64,000 nt of DNA from Candidatus Heimdallarchaeota archaeon (GCA_019057635.1 DXJL01000113.1:1-64000), one strand, 5' to 3'. Numbered from the stretch's first letter, positions 9,965 to 19,088 are shown. The notes: a model not told the origin generated them from the sequence alone. Numbers and translations: made by a program.

Positions 9965-10537
9965 TCAAGATATATCTAGGTAGCTGGCTATTTCTCTATA
10001 TTGAAAAATATCACTTTGAGAATTTCCAACGACTTGAAAAAACTTATATTTGGCGATTCCATCTTCACCAACGTCATTAGGATCAACTACCAGTGCTACT
10101 GAAAGAGGTTGAACTAATTGAAAAGAGTATACATGAGTAGTAATATCAGTTTGTGATAAAAATAATCCATATCCAGGATGTGAATGCCACCAACCCACAC
10201 AGAATTCTGGACCCGATAATTGATCAAAAACTTGAAAATCCTCATCAGAAAAAGATACTGAATATTCATCTCCCTGGGTTACATAAATTCCCTTTGATAT
10301 CATTATTTCTTTTGAGCGAACTTCAATCCCGCTGAGCAAGCCAATAGCCTCTTTTGGTTTGGCTTCGATAGAATAATTGGTAATTTCTATAATTGTTTGC
10401 TGTGATATGGTAACAGAAATTGTCTCTAAACTCAATCGAGACATCTCGTTGTTGGCCTGATCTGAATGTAGGCCGTCAATTGATTGGTCTGTTTCGTCCT
10501 CATTATCAGAATTTTCAGGGGGATCTTTATTTGTCAT
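9965..10537 (-). CDS. JAB1/MPN+ (JAMM) metalloisopeptidase, Rpn11/AMSH-like
   Basis: EAIGLL glutamate plus GWWHSHPGYGLFLSQTD JAMM motif and ALVVDP. Confidence 0.95.
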   Translation of the reverse strand: MTNKDPPENSDNEDETDQSIDGLHSDQANNEMSRLSLETISVTISQQTIIEITNYSIEAKPKEAIGLLSGIEVRSKEIMISKGIYVTQGDEYSVSFSDEDFQVFDQLSGPEFCVGWWHSHPGYGLFLSQTDITTHVYSFQLVQPLSVALVVDPNDVGEDGIAKYKFFQVVGNSQSDIFQYREIASYLDIS

Positions 10538-10632
10538 TAGAATATGATTCCTTAGCTATTCAGTAATTCCAATTCCACCCAGATTCAACTTCATTAGTAA
10601 TACCCCAGCAGACCTAATTGAAACAATAGGAA

Positions 10633-11184
10633 CTAACTCGTTCCATGCTCTTTTGTCCATTTAACAGCTTTCTCCCAGAAATCATTGAAATTGGACTGCA
10701 TGGATTTTCCAGCCTCTGGATTGAATGGATCGCCAGGATCAACGAGGTATTCTGGAAATTCAGAATCTCCTGAACTCTGATAGACATCAAGCATCATTTC
10801 GATATGCTCAAATACACTAGGTAGAGTTATAGTCTTTTTCCATCCACCAAGTTCACCTATATTGTTCCAATTGATTAAACTAAGACAAACATTAGAACCC
10901 CATTTCCAACGAGTTTCACCTATAGCAATATTGGGATGCCAAATTGGTGTAATAAAATTAACAATTGGAGGTTTGAATGGATATTCAGGTGGTAAATCAA
11001 CGGTGATTTTCCATTCCCCGTTTTCATACGGAGTGCCTTCTTTCCCTTTTATTGTAGCAGAGTAGTGATGAAGATCATTATCCACTATTAGCCACTTTAT
11101 GGTAGCACTTTTTGGGGGATAAATCTTTAGCATTCGCTTAAATTCTTCCCTTAATCGTCTGGAATGTAGATCAGACATAAGCAA
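10633..11184 (-). CDS. Ubiquitin-conjugating enzyme E2
   Basis: RRLREEF, GTPYENG, PPEYPFKPP, WHPNI and catalytic VCLSLI. Confidence 0.96.
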   Translation of the reverse strand: MLMSDLHSRRLREEFKRMLKIYPPKSATIKWLIVDNDLHHYSATIKGKEGTPYENGEWKITVDLPPEYPFKPPIVNFITPIWHPNIAIGETRWKWGSNVCLSLINWNNIGELGGWKKTITLPSVFEHIEMMLDVYQSSGDSEFPEYLVDPGDPFNPEAGKSMQSNFNDFWEKAVKWTKEHGTS

Positions 11185-11499
11185 TCTCTCCTAGTTCATT
11201 AATCAGGTGGTATCCATTAACCTATAAACTTACTCCATCAATTTTATTTAAAGCTGCTGATTGTCGGGTTAGAAGGAAAGCCATTATGAGCTAGTTTTTT
11301 AAGGTCAGTTATCAGAATGAACCTGCAGTAATTCAATATTCTGGAAGAAAATAGCGAAATTTCTTGTTATATTGGAACACAAGAGGCTTAGATCATTACT
11401 AAATGTGTGATTAAAGACCTCCCTTGTGCGCTAGTGATATTTTGGAAACTCGTATGATTTATCTCTTTCAGAAAAAGTAGTTGAAAATGAGGTAGAATT

Positions 11500-12288
11500 A
11501 TGACTGATATCGAGACAGAAGTTGCCCAGTGTAATGGATGTGGTGCTCCTCTATTAGGAAACCCTTCTTCTCTTCGTCCCGTTCATTGTGAATATTGTGA
11601 TTTGACAAACTATCTCAGGAAATCACAGGGAATAGCTCCTGATGAAAGTTCAGTAAACGAGGAAGTGGAATCTGAACATTATTATCTTTTATATCAAGAA
11701 TCCCAGAAAATACTGGAAAATTTTCCTGGGGAATTAGCGGGAGAGGAAGTAGGAAAAATTCGTATTAAAATGCAAGTTGGACAGTACGCATTTCCATTAT
11801 TGATAGTGCTTGATGATTTACCAGAAAAACCCTTTATCGATGGTCCAAATGTTCTTCGAGAAGTTATCAACTGTGAGATTAATGACTTAAATACTATGAA
11901 AGATTGGATACCTGGAACAAGTTCGGTATTAGATGTCTTAGAAGAAATCTACCAGATATCTGAAAATCAACTTCCTCAAAAAATGGAAGGCCCTTCAACG
12001 ACAAGTGAGTCAAAAAGTACGATTAAAGAAAAAAATCCCCTCATACGACAGATCTTGGAAAGTTATGATGCCACGCCAACAAGAAAAGAAATTAAAATTA
12101 ACTTTTATGCACAAACAGGAGAAGTTATTCCATTCACAATCAAAAGAAAAAAGAACTATCCGATAGGTCTCGAAAGTGAAGTTCTTTCGAGGTATCCACT
12201 TATCCGCGGACCTTTAGAGGATTATGCGAAAGGTCGTATTGATCTTATTACTGTGTTGGCCGAAATTGAACGCTTATTCTATGTGTAG
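11500..12288 (+). CDS. Zinc-ribbon plus UEV/RWD-like (catalytically dead UBC fold) protein
   Basis: N-terminal CNGC..CEYC; FPLLIVLDDLPEKPFI and LNTMKDWIPGTSSVLDVLEEI resemble UEV/UBC C-terminal elements; no HPN motif. Confidence 0.55.
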   Translation: MTDIETEVAQCNGCGAPLLGNPSSLRPVHCEYCDLTNYLRKSQGIAPDESSVNEEVESEHYYLLYQESQKILENFPGELAGEEVGKIRIKMQVGQYAFPLLIVLDDLPEKPFIDGPNVLREVINCEINDLNTMKDWIPGTSSVLDVLEEIYQISENQLPQKMEGPSTTSESKSTIKEKNPLIRQILESYDATPTRKEIKINFYAQTGEVIPFTIKRKKNYPIGLESEVLSRYPLIRGPLEDYAKGRIDLITVLAEIERLFYV

Positions 12289-12310
12289 AGACAATCAGAG
12301 GTAAAAAATT

Positions 12311-12640
12311 ATGAATAATCGAAAAAAAGATGTTGTCTGGGACTCAAACGTTAATTCCCAAGGAACAACATCGGATGGTATTGAACGTATGATTAAAGTC
12401 CGTTTTAAGGACCCACAACTTCCACCAGATCAAAACATCCGTGAAAAATATATTAACATAAATGGTACAGTTTTTCAAGCAATTACAGCAGCACGTGACG
12501 CATTTAATATTCCTGAAGTTGTACCAATCGCACTACTGTTTAAAGGTCGAAGAATGAATCCATCAAACAACCTTGTTTCGTACAATATTGAAGATAACGC
12601 CCTTCTAATGATAGTACCTGATCAGATAAAAGGGGGGTAA
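12311..12640 (+). CDS. Ubiquitin-like modifier (beta-grasp) with exposed C-terminal GG
   Basis: LLFKGRRM..NLVSYNIEDNALLMIV..KGG-stop; lies directly upstream of the E1. Confidence 0.92.
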   Translation: MNNRKKDVVWDSNVNSQGTTSDGIERMIKVRFKDPQLPPDQNIREKYININGTVFQAITAARDAFNIPEVVPIALLFKGRRMNPSNNLVSYNIEDNALLMIVPDQIKGG

Positions 12641-12675
12641 TCTCCTCCTATTTCTTCTTATTAAGGGAATTATCA

Positions 12676-13914
12676 ATGAACTCACATCTCCCTTATTCAA
12701 AATTTGATCGTCAAGAGCGTCTTTCGATTTGGGACCAGAGTCTCATTGAAAAAAGTTGTGTGTTAATAATAGGAATAGGAGGAACTGGGGGAGAAGTGGC
12801 CAAGAATTTATCTTTACTTGGGGTGGGAAAATTGATTTTGGTAGATATGGATACAATCGAATTTTCAAACTTAAACCGCCAACTACTATTTTCAAAAGCA
12901 GATATTGGTAAGAATAAAGCAAAGATAGCTAAGAAAGTAATTAAAAAAAGGTATAATTCCACTTTGAAAATTGAGGCGTATAGTGATCCCATTCAATCAC
13001 TGCCTTACAGAATTTTTGAGGAAGCTGACATAATTGCTGGGTGTGTTGATAACTTTCTCGCACGACAATTTATTAATGAAATTGTTATAGAATTATGTTT
13101 ACCGTTAATCGATTCTGCAACCGATGGTTATTTTGGCCAGGTACAAAGTGTAAATCCAAGGAAAAACGCTTGTCTGGCTTGCGATTTTCCACCTCCTCCA
13201 GAAGAGACTCGCCTTCTATCTGCACCCTGTACTCTTGTTGGAACTCCAAGAATCAAAGAACATTGTGCATGGAAGGCCCTTTATGAATTTCATACTATGA
13301 ATGATCGGGAACCTGATGAAAATTCCCCCGATGATGTTCAGGAGATTACAAACCTAGCAAATAAATTCGCTACCGATCACCAATTCCCACTCTTTGATAC
13401 CAAAGAGATTATTCAACTTGTATTATACCACGTACCTAGTCTAATTACTGTTAATGCGGTAACTAGTGGAATTCAATCGCAAGAAATCATAAAAACTCTA
13501 TTTATCAACAAAATGAAGCTTTTTAAAAAAAAGGATCAGAAGGAATTCAAATCTCTTATCCGTGCACAACGATTCAGAATTCCTGATTTAACTATTTATT
13601 CTGCACTAACAGGAAATATTAGTTCTTTTAATCTTATCAATGATCCAGATTGTTTGGTGTGTGGTAATTCTTCAATTTACCACCAAACTCCAGTAACAAT
13701 AAATGTAAACCCAAAGTTGAAATGCAAAACGATTTTTACAATATTAAAGCGTAGATTCAAGAAAAATTATATAGGTTTTAGAGGAAATTTCATTATTCCA
13801 GCGGAAGCATTAATAGAAAATATTCTTCAAGACGGGGATAGAATAACCGTTAGTTCACTAGATGATGATAAAGAAAAAAGAATAAGAATTAAATTTAAAA
13901 AGAAGAAGGGTTAA
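12676..13914 (+). CDS. Ubiquitin-like activating enzyme E1 (UBA3/UBA2-like)
   Basis: GIGGTG nucleotide loop, DMDTIEFSNLNRQLLF, CVDNFLAR, CLAC, catalytic PCTLVGTPRIKEHC, CLVC zinc site. Confidence 0.95.
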   Translation: MNSHLPYSKFDRQERLSIWDQSLIEKSCVLIIGIGGTGGEVAKNLSLLGVGKLILVDMDTIEFSNLNRQLLFSKADIGKNKAKIAKKVIKKRYNSTLKIEAYSDPIQSLPYRIFEEADIIAGCVDNFLARQFINEIVIELCLPLIDSATDGYFGQVQSVNPRKNACLACDFPPPPEETRLLSAPCTLVGTPRIKEHCAWKALYEFHTMNDREPDENSPDDVQEITNLANKFATDHQFPLFDTKEIIQLVLYHVPSLITVNAVTSGIQSQEIIKTLFINKMKLFKKKDQKEFKSLIRAQRFRIPDLTIYSALTGNISSFNLINDPDCLVCGNSSIYHQTPVTINVNPKLKCKTIFTILKRRFKKNYIGFRGNFIIPAEALIENILQDGDRITVSSLDDDKEKRIRIKFKKKKG

Positions 13915-14243
13915 TCTTCATCAGTGGAAGGGTAAAAAATACGTACCTTTCTTCTAAGCTTTGGTTTTATCGGTTGAATGGATGGATTAAGATAAGGGTC
14001 TTTCAGTCCAAAATCTTGAATTTTTTCTTTCGTAAATTTGCTGTAAATTTGACTAGATATTCGATCACGAGAAGTTTGACGGGATTGGGGTTTTTTGGCA
14101 CTAAATTTTCTTGGTGAAGGTACAGTTAATCGAATGGTCGTTCGTTTTCCACATTTAGGGCAATACCACGCACCTGTGACAGGTTGTTCATTTGAACGAG
14201 GAACATATCCACAAAATTGACATTTAAATTCAGATTCTCTCAT
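13911..14243 (-). CDS. Zinc-ribbon protein with basic tail
   Basis: CQFC..CPKC; convergent with the E1, overlapping it by 4 nt. Confidence 0.6.
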   Translation of the reverse strand: MRESEFKCQFCGYVPRSNEQPVTGAWYCPKCGKRTTIRLTVPSPRKFSAKKPQSRQTSRDRISSQIYSKFTKEKIQDFGLKDPYLNPSIQPIKPKLRRKVRIFYPSTDED

Positions 14244-14393
14244 TTGGTAACATCACACAAGATAATTACGTTGAAATTGGTTAAGATTTCCTTATACATG
14301 AAATAATAGTACACGTAATAATATTTGAATTAAATATTATTAAGGTGAATAATATAAAAATGTCTCCCCTTTCATCGATTTAGCGTCTCTTGG

Positions 14394-16154
14394 TTGTGCA
14401 TCATGTTAAGACGAAAGAAGAAGAAATGGCTAGAAGCAGTTTCTACGGCACAATCACCAATACGGATAGAGGATTTTTCTTCTTCTACTGATAAAATGAA
14501 TGTTGTCGCCTTTTTATATGAAAAAATCCAACAACAACAATTGGATGGGCTTTTAGACTATAATCATATCTATTTCATTCCGAAATCACATATCTACAAA
14601 AAAATTCAACAATTTCTAGACGCACAAGGAATGGTTGATATATGTGAACTAATAGACCTAATGAATTTACCAGGTAATTTGCTTGAGCCTATTATCCATG
14701 ATTACGTGCAAGAAATAGACGGTTTTTTTGATTTAATCAAACGAAAATTCTTTACACGATCAGGAGCTATCTCATTCATTACTAAACTTCTTGGTAACAC
14801 TCCCACGCATGATCTTGAATATTTACTAAATCAGATATACTGGACAGATCACCAATTAGAAGCTGTATTAGACTTAATGGCGCAAAAAGATCTATTCAGG
14901 GGTTATATTGACCCTATCAAACAACGTTTATACAACTTCAAATCCCTTCGTTTTTCCCTTACTACTCCGAATGAAGGATCGATGAGAGCCCTATCCCGAT
15001 TCATAAATGCATCATTCCAAATTTCTTCAGAAGTTTCTTTAATAGACATTTCTCGCCTTACAACGCTACCACAGGATGATCCATTGAAATTTCTTGAACT
15101 CTTTGAGAATCGTTTGAGTTATATTAGTTCTAAGGATAGAGATTATATATACTCTACAATCGATATTGTTTCGCAAATTATATGGGATATTTATGTGTAT
15201 GAAGAGATACCTTTGGATTTCTGGGTAGCCAGGTTTGATCTTGGGTTTGAAGCCTTATCTGATCTATTATTAGTATTAAATGAAAGTTTTCGTGGTAGCT
15301 TATCAAAAAAGTTTCTAAAAGGTATTTCTTTGATTCATTGGTTCGAACAAGGAATTGATATTGAAGGATTAGCTACAAAAATAAATATAGACGTCTTGAG
15401 ATTGTTAAAAGAGATAACAACTATAGCCCTTCGTTTAGAACTTCGTTTGGTGGCAGGTGATTCAATAAATCCGTTTCTAGTGAAAGGAATCAGAGATTTA
15501 GAGATATTTTGTCAAATTGATACTTCCTCATATTCCAATCCTTCAGTATACTTTGAGTGCCAAAATTGTAGGAGGGTAATGTGCTCAAACTGCAGAAAAA
15601 TTGATAGCACCCATGAATGTCCGTTTTGTGGAAATATTTCTGCGTTTATTATCGATCTACCACGGAATTGTCCTACTTGCCAATTGACCTATGCTTATTC
15701 ATATAATCTTGAAACAACTGAGGAGTGCTATTTCTGTGAACAAGGTCCATTGAAATCTGGATGGTTTACTTCAGAGCAAAAACCCTTGAGTCTTACCGCT
15801 ACTGAAAATCAATTTGTTAATTTCATCCAGAATCATCATTCTCCAATAATTCCTTTACAACAAATTATTGATTTTGTTAGTCAATCATCAGAAGAAGTCA
15901 TAAAAATACTAGAAAAACTCATTACTCACAAAATCATTGCGGGAACAATTAGCATTCAAAAATTGCAATTGAAAATTAAAAAAGCTTATGTTTCGTTTGA
16001 GTGTGTGGTTTGTAAATGGGTTAAAACCGATAAAAAGAAGTTTATCTGTAATTTGTGTAACGGAGAAGTCTGTGAAAATTGTTATCAAGGGATGGAGTCG
16101 GTTGGAATGGTTGATTGTCCAGAATGTGGATCATCTCTTGAGTTAGTAGAATAA
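14394..16154 (+). CDS. Multi winged-helix plus multi zinc-finger (RING-like) protein, putative E3 ligase
   Basis: Repeated wHTH/PCI-like units (GMVDICELIDLMNL, GYIDPIKQRLY, GTISIQ); Cys clusters CQID..CQNC..CSNC..CPFC, CPTC..CYFC and C-terminal CVVC..CNLC..CENC..CPEC. Confidence 0.7.
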   Translation: MCIMLRRKKKKWLEAVSTAQSPIRIEDFSSSTDKMNVVAFLYEKIQQQQLDGLLDYNHIYFIPKSHIYKKIQQFLDAQGMVDICELIDLMNLPGNLLEPIIHDYVQEIDGFFDLIKRKFFTRSGAISFITKLLGNTPTHDLEYLLNQIYWTDHQLEAVLDLMAQKDLFRGYIDPIKQRLYNFKSLRFSLTTPNEGSMRALSRFINASFQISSEVSLIDISRLTTLPQDDPLKFLELFENRLSYISSKDRDYIYSTIDIVSQIIWDIYVYEEIPLDFWVARFDLGFEALSDLLLVLNESFRGSLSKKFLKGISLIHWFEQGIDIEGLATKINIDVLRLLKEITTIALRLELRLVAGDSINPFLVKGIRDLEIFCQIDTSSYSNPSVYFECQNCRRVMCSNCRKIDSTHECPFCGNISAFIIDLPRNCPTCQLTYAYSYNLETTEECYFCEQGPLKSGWFTSEQKPLSLTATENQFVNFIQNHHSPIIPLQQIIDFVSQSSEEVIKILEKLITHKIIAGTISIQKLQLKIKKAYVSFECVVCKWVKTDKKKFICNLCNGEVCENCYQGMESVGMVDCPECGSSLELVE

Positions 16155-16162
16155 ATTAGTTA

Positions 16163-17056
16163 TTATGACGATTTTTCGGCTTTTATTTTTGCGAGTTTTG
16201 ATGAATATTTATCGGCTATTTCTTTATATCGTTTTTCAGAGATTTTACCTCCTAAAAACATCTCATCAGCCTGTTCGAGCATTAATTCGAATTTTTTAAT
16301 TTTTTCTGAAACCTCATCAAATTTATTTCGCTCTTCTGCGAGTTCCTGTTGAGTTTCAATAATTTGCTTTTCAATCTCATACGTAAGTAAGGTTTCGTAC
16401 TCTTCAGGCACTTTAAATCCACCAATATCTAATCCTACTAGTTCTAGGCCCCATCGAGAGCTTTCAGGACCTAATTCAGATCTTGTTTGAATTTCTAAGC
16501 TTCTTCTGTCTTTTAATAACTCAGGTACAGTGTAACGAGTCATAACATGTTTAACAGCTGCTATCACCGTCTGTTTCACCCAATTTTTAAGCTCATTTCC
16601 ACTATAATACTGTTTATGGGAGACTACGTTCATGATAAAATTCCTTGGATTCACAATCCGCATCCGAGAAATTCCCCAACATCCCACCATAACATTGTCT
16701 GAGGTGTAAATACCAGGCGTTCCCCATTTAATGATAAATTCACGTTTTGTAACCCATATAATTTCACTTCCAGGATGCTTCGCTGTTTTTTCCAATTGAT
16801 AAATTCCACTCCCAGCAACTCCAACTAGCACCCCTGACTGTAACAACACGGCATTTTCTGGTTCTTTTACAATAAAGCCGTCAATTTTTCTAAAGTTATC
16901 ATTTTCTTCTGCTTTCACTCTATGAATTAACGATTCACCAAGTGAATCATCAAATTTTGAGCTTAGAATCGCTTTTCCCTTGAATTTCTTGGTACCTATG
17001 TGAATTGTATCCCCTATTTTACGGAATAGTCCACCAAATTTGTCTGTTTCCGCCAT
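16163..17056 (-). CDS. SPFH/band-7 domain protein with C-terminal coiled coil
   Basis: FIVKEPENAVLLQSG, KWGT, RIVNPRNF, RWGLELVGLDIGGFKVPEE; no obvious TM segment. Confidence 0.85.
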   Translation of the reverse strand: MAETDKFGGLFRKIGDTIHIGTKKFKGKAILSSKFDDSLGESLIHRVKAEENDNFRKIDGFIVKEPENAVLLQSGVLVGVAGSGIYQLEKTAKHPGSEIIWVTKREFIIKWGTPGIYTSDNVMVGCWGISRMRIVNPRNFIMNVVSHKQYYSGNELKNWVKQTVIAAVKHVMTRYTVPELLKDRRSLEIQTRSELGPESSRWGLELVGLDIGGFKVPEEYETLLTYEIEKQIIETQQELAEERNKFDEVSEKIKKFELMLEQADEMFLGGKISEKRYKEIADKYSSKLAKIKAEKSS

Positions 17057-17065
17057 CGCTTCTAC

Positions 17066-18067
17066 CTACCAATCTTCATCTCCATATAACCCTGGAAAGT
17101 AATACTGATCTCCTGAATCAAGTGATGACACTTTTCGAGCAACTTTTTGATTGACAAGACTATCTAAGACCCTCATTACTCGTTGTTGATCCCATTTAGT
17201 ATGAATCATAACTTCCTCAAATGTTACATAGCCTTTATCTATTGCTAGATTAAATATGTTCCGGGCATCTTTTCCAAGAGCTACTGGTGTAAACTCGACA
17301 ATTTTTATGCCAGATTGTTTGGAAACTCCTTCAATTAACGATTGTTTAGTTAGTTGTTTACAGGCCTTTTCTAAATCTTTCAATGAAAACTTGATATCTG
17401 GAACTTGATTTTTCAGAGAAGTATACAAGTTTGCCATTGAAATATAACCACCTGAACTTGCTCTAAGAGTTTTTCCTTGTTCAAGGATTAAATCAGCAAG
17501 ATTGTCAACAAATTTCCCTTTCCCAAATATTTTTGGCTTTTTTGTTGCATCTAACGCGGTTATTGTTAGTGTACGCCCTTCTTTTCGGAGTAACTCTCTC
17601 TCTAATTGCTGAATGCGGGAATCATATTTCTTCTGTAAATTCTTAATTCCCTCGGTTGATACTGGAGCTCCGTTAGCCAACTTATTTTGAACTTGAACTA
17701 CCTCTTCTAATCGCGTTATCTGTTCACGAAGATCTAACAACTCACTGCGGAGATCTAATTCTTTATTCCCAAATTCAAGATCATCAATTAATAGTTTAGA
17801 CCGTTCTGTTATTTGGTCACAAAGAATAGTTGCCAGTAGCTGCGCAACACGGATTTCCCCACTTTCCTTTAAATTGGCCATTTTATTATCAGAGTAGAGT
17901 ATTATATCAGGCACAGTTTCGCTTAAATACCTAATCTCTTCAAATTGTGTATAAAATTTAATTACTAGATCTGATATGTGTTTAGCTTTCATTGCAGCAG
18001 TATTACTTAATTGATTTAGCGCATTACTTGCAGTTTGAAATTTTTCTCTCAAAATAAGGGTCACCAC
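17066..18067 (-). CDS. ESCRT-II Vps22/Vps36 (EAP30)-like protein with N-terminal coiled coil
   Basis: GGYISMANLY, FSLKDLEKACKQL, GYVTFEEV..WDQQRVMRVLDSLVNQ, QYYFPGL tandem winged helices characteristic of the EAP30 family. Confidence 0.88.
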   Translation of the reverse strand: MVTLILREKFQTASNALNQLSNTAAMKAKHISDLVIKFYTQFEEIRYLSETVPDIILYSDNKMANLKESGEIRVAQLLATILCDQITERSKLLIDDLEFGNKELDLRSELLDLREQITRLEEVVQVQNKLANGAPVSTEGIKNLQKKYDSRIQQLERELLRKEGRTLTITALDATKKPKIFGKGKFVDNLADLILEQGKTLRASSGGYISMANLYTSLKNQVPDIKFSLKDLEKACKQLTKQSLIEGVSKQSGIKIVEFTPVALGKDARNIFNLAIDKGYVTFEEVMIHTKWDQQRVMRVLDSLVNQKVARKVSSLDSGDQYYFPGLYGDEDW

Positions 18068-18391
18068 ACTTATTCTTTTCTCAAATAAGAGATTAAATAT
18101 TAATACATTTGATTTCGATTACTTAAAAGTGTCAAAATCCGTTATTCACATTTGTAACGATTTTAATCCTTTTAAAGGTTTATGTTTAGGTGTGTTTAGA
18201 AAGATCTAATCGTAATTTAGAGATTACGAAATTTTCATACTTAATCTCTGAGCCTGCAAAGTATAGAGAAGGTTATGTGCAGCAAATGAACATTGACATT
18301 GCAAAGCTAATCTGTGATTCTGTCCCTCTATCCTAACATGTTTTCAATAGAATTTCACCTTGATAAAAAAAAGCAAGTTAAAAAAAACCAA

Positions 18392-18886
18392 TTATTCACT
18401 TTTCTTTACTTTCTGAGCCATTAAATATGCCCCTTCCATATCACGGTAATAATGACGCAATTCTTTAACAATTTTATAATCTAGAGACTCATACAATTTT
18501 ACGGCAGCAGTGTTTGACATCCTTACTTCGAGAAAAAGCTCGTCTGCTCCATATTCTCTCATTGCTTCAGATGAAGCATTAATTAGCTTTGTAGCAACTT
18601 TGCTTCGTCTATATTCGGGTAGAACAGCAATACTTACCGTGTGACCCTTTTTAGCCCGGTGAAAAATTGAAAAGAGACTCAGACCACTTTCAATTCGACC
18701 CATGGTGTATCCGACAATGATTCCATTTACTTCAGCCAGAGCAAATCCTTTGGGGCATTCTGAAAAAATAGTGCGGAAAAAACTTTCAGGGTAATTTTCA
18801 GGTAAACATTGACGATTTATATCTATAACTTTGTCTAGATCTCTTAGTTCGAAATAACGAATGATTATTGATGTCTGTTCGGTCAT
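18392..18886 (-). CDS. ard1: N-terminal acetyltransferase (Ard1/Naa10/RimI GNAT)
   Basis: CLPENY, GHTVSIAVLPEYRR, LEVRMSNTAA, YYRDMEGAY. Confidence 0.92.
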   Translation of the reverse strand: MTEQTSIIIRYFELRDLDKVIDINRQCLPENYPESFFRTIFSECPKGFALAEVNGIIVGYTMGRIESGLSLFSIFHRAKKGHTVSIAVLPEYRRSKVATKLINASSEAMREYGADELFLEVRMSNTAAVKLYESLDYKIVKELRHYYRDMEGAYLMAQKVKKSE

Positions 18887-19059
18887 AAAACACCCCTATC
18901 TTTAGCTTCCTGTTTCATGCGGCGACGATATTCCGCATATTTGTCGTGAGGTGAAAATTTTGGTGGATAAGTTGTTTTAAACCTGTGATTACATAAATTA
19001 CATACTTCAAGAGACTGGTCTACTGTATATCTGCATTCGCATTTTCTTAGTAAACGCAT
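18883..19059 (-). CDS. nop10: H/ACA RNP protein Nop10 (not in ORF track)
   Basis: Read by hand: MRLLRKCECRYTVDQSLEVCNLCNHRFKTTYPPKFSPHDKYAEYRRRMKQEAKDRGVL; PPKFSPHDKY motif; usual position after aIF2-alpha. Confidence 0.93.
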   Translation of the reverse strand: MRLLRKCECRYTVDQSLEVCNLCNHRFKTTYPPKFSPHDKYAEYRRRMKQEAKDRGVL

Positions 19060-19088
19060 TTGGATCCCAGAACAGTGTTACAGACGAT

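Noticed and set aside
9965-13914. E1-E2-JAB as a CBASS/Bil-type antiviral system
   Set aside because: No cyclase or effector nearby; the E1 and E2 have eukaryote-type signatures and sit among ESCRT/Arf genes. A defence role is not strictly excluded
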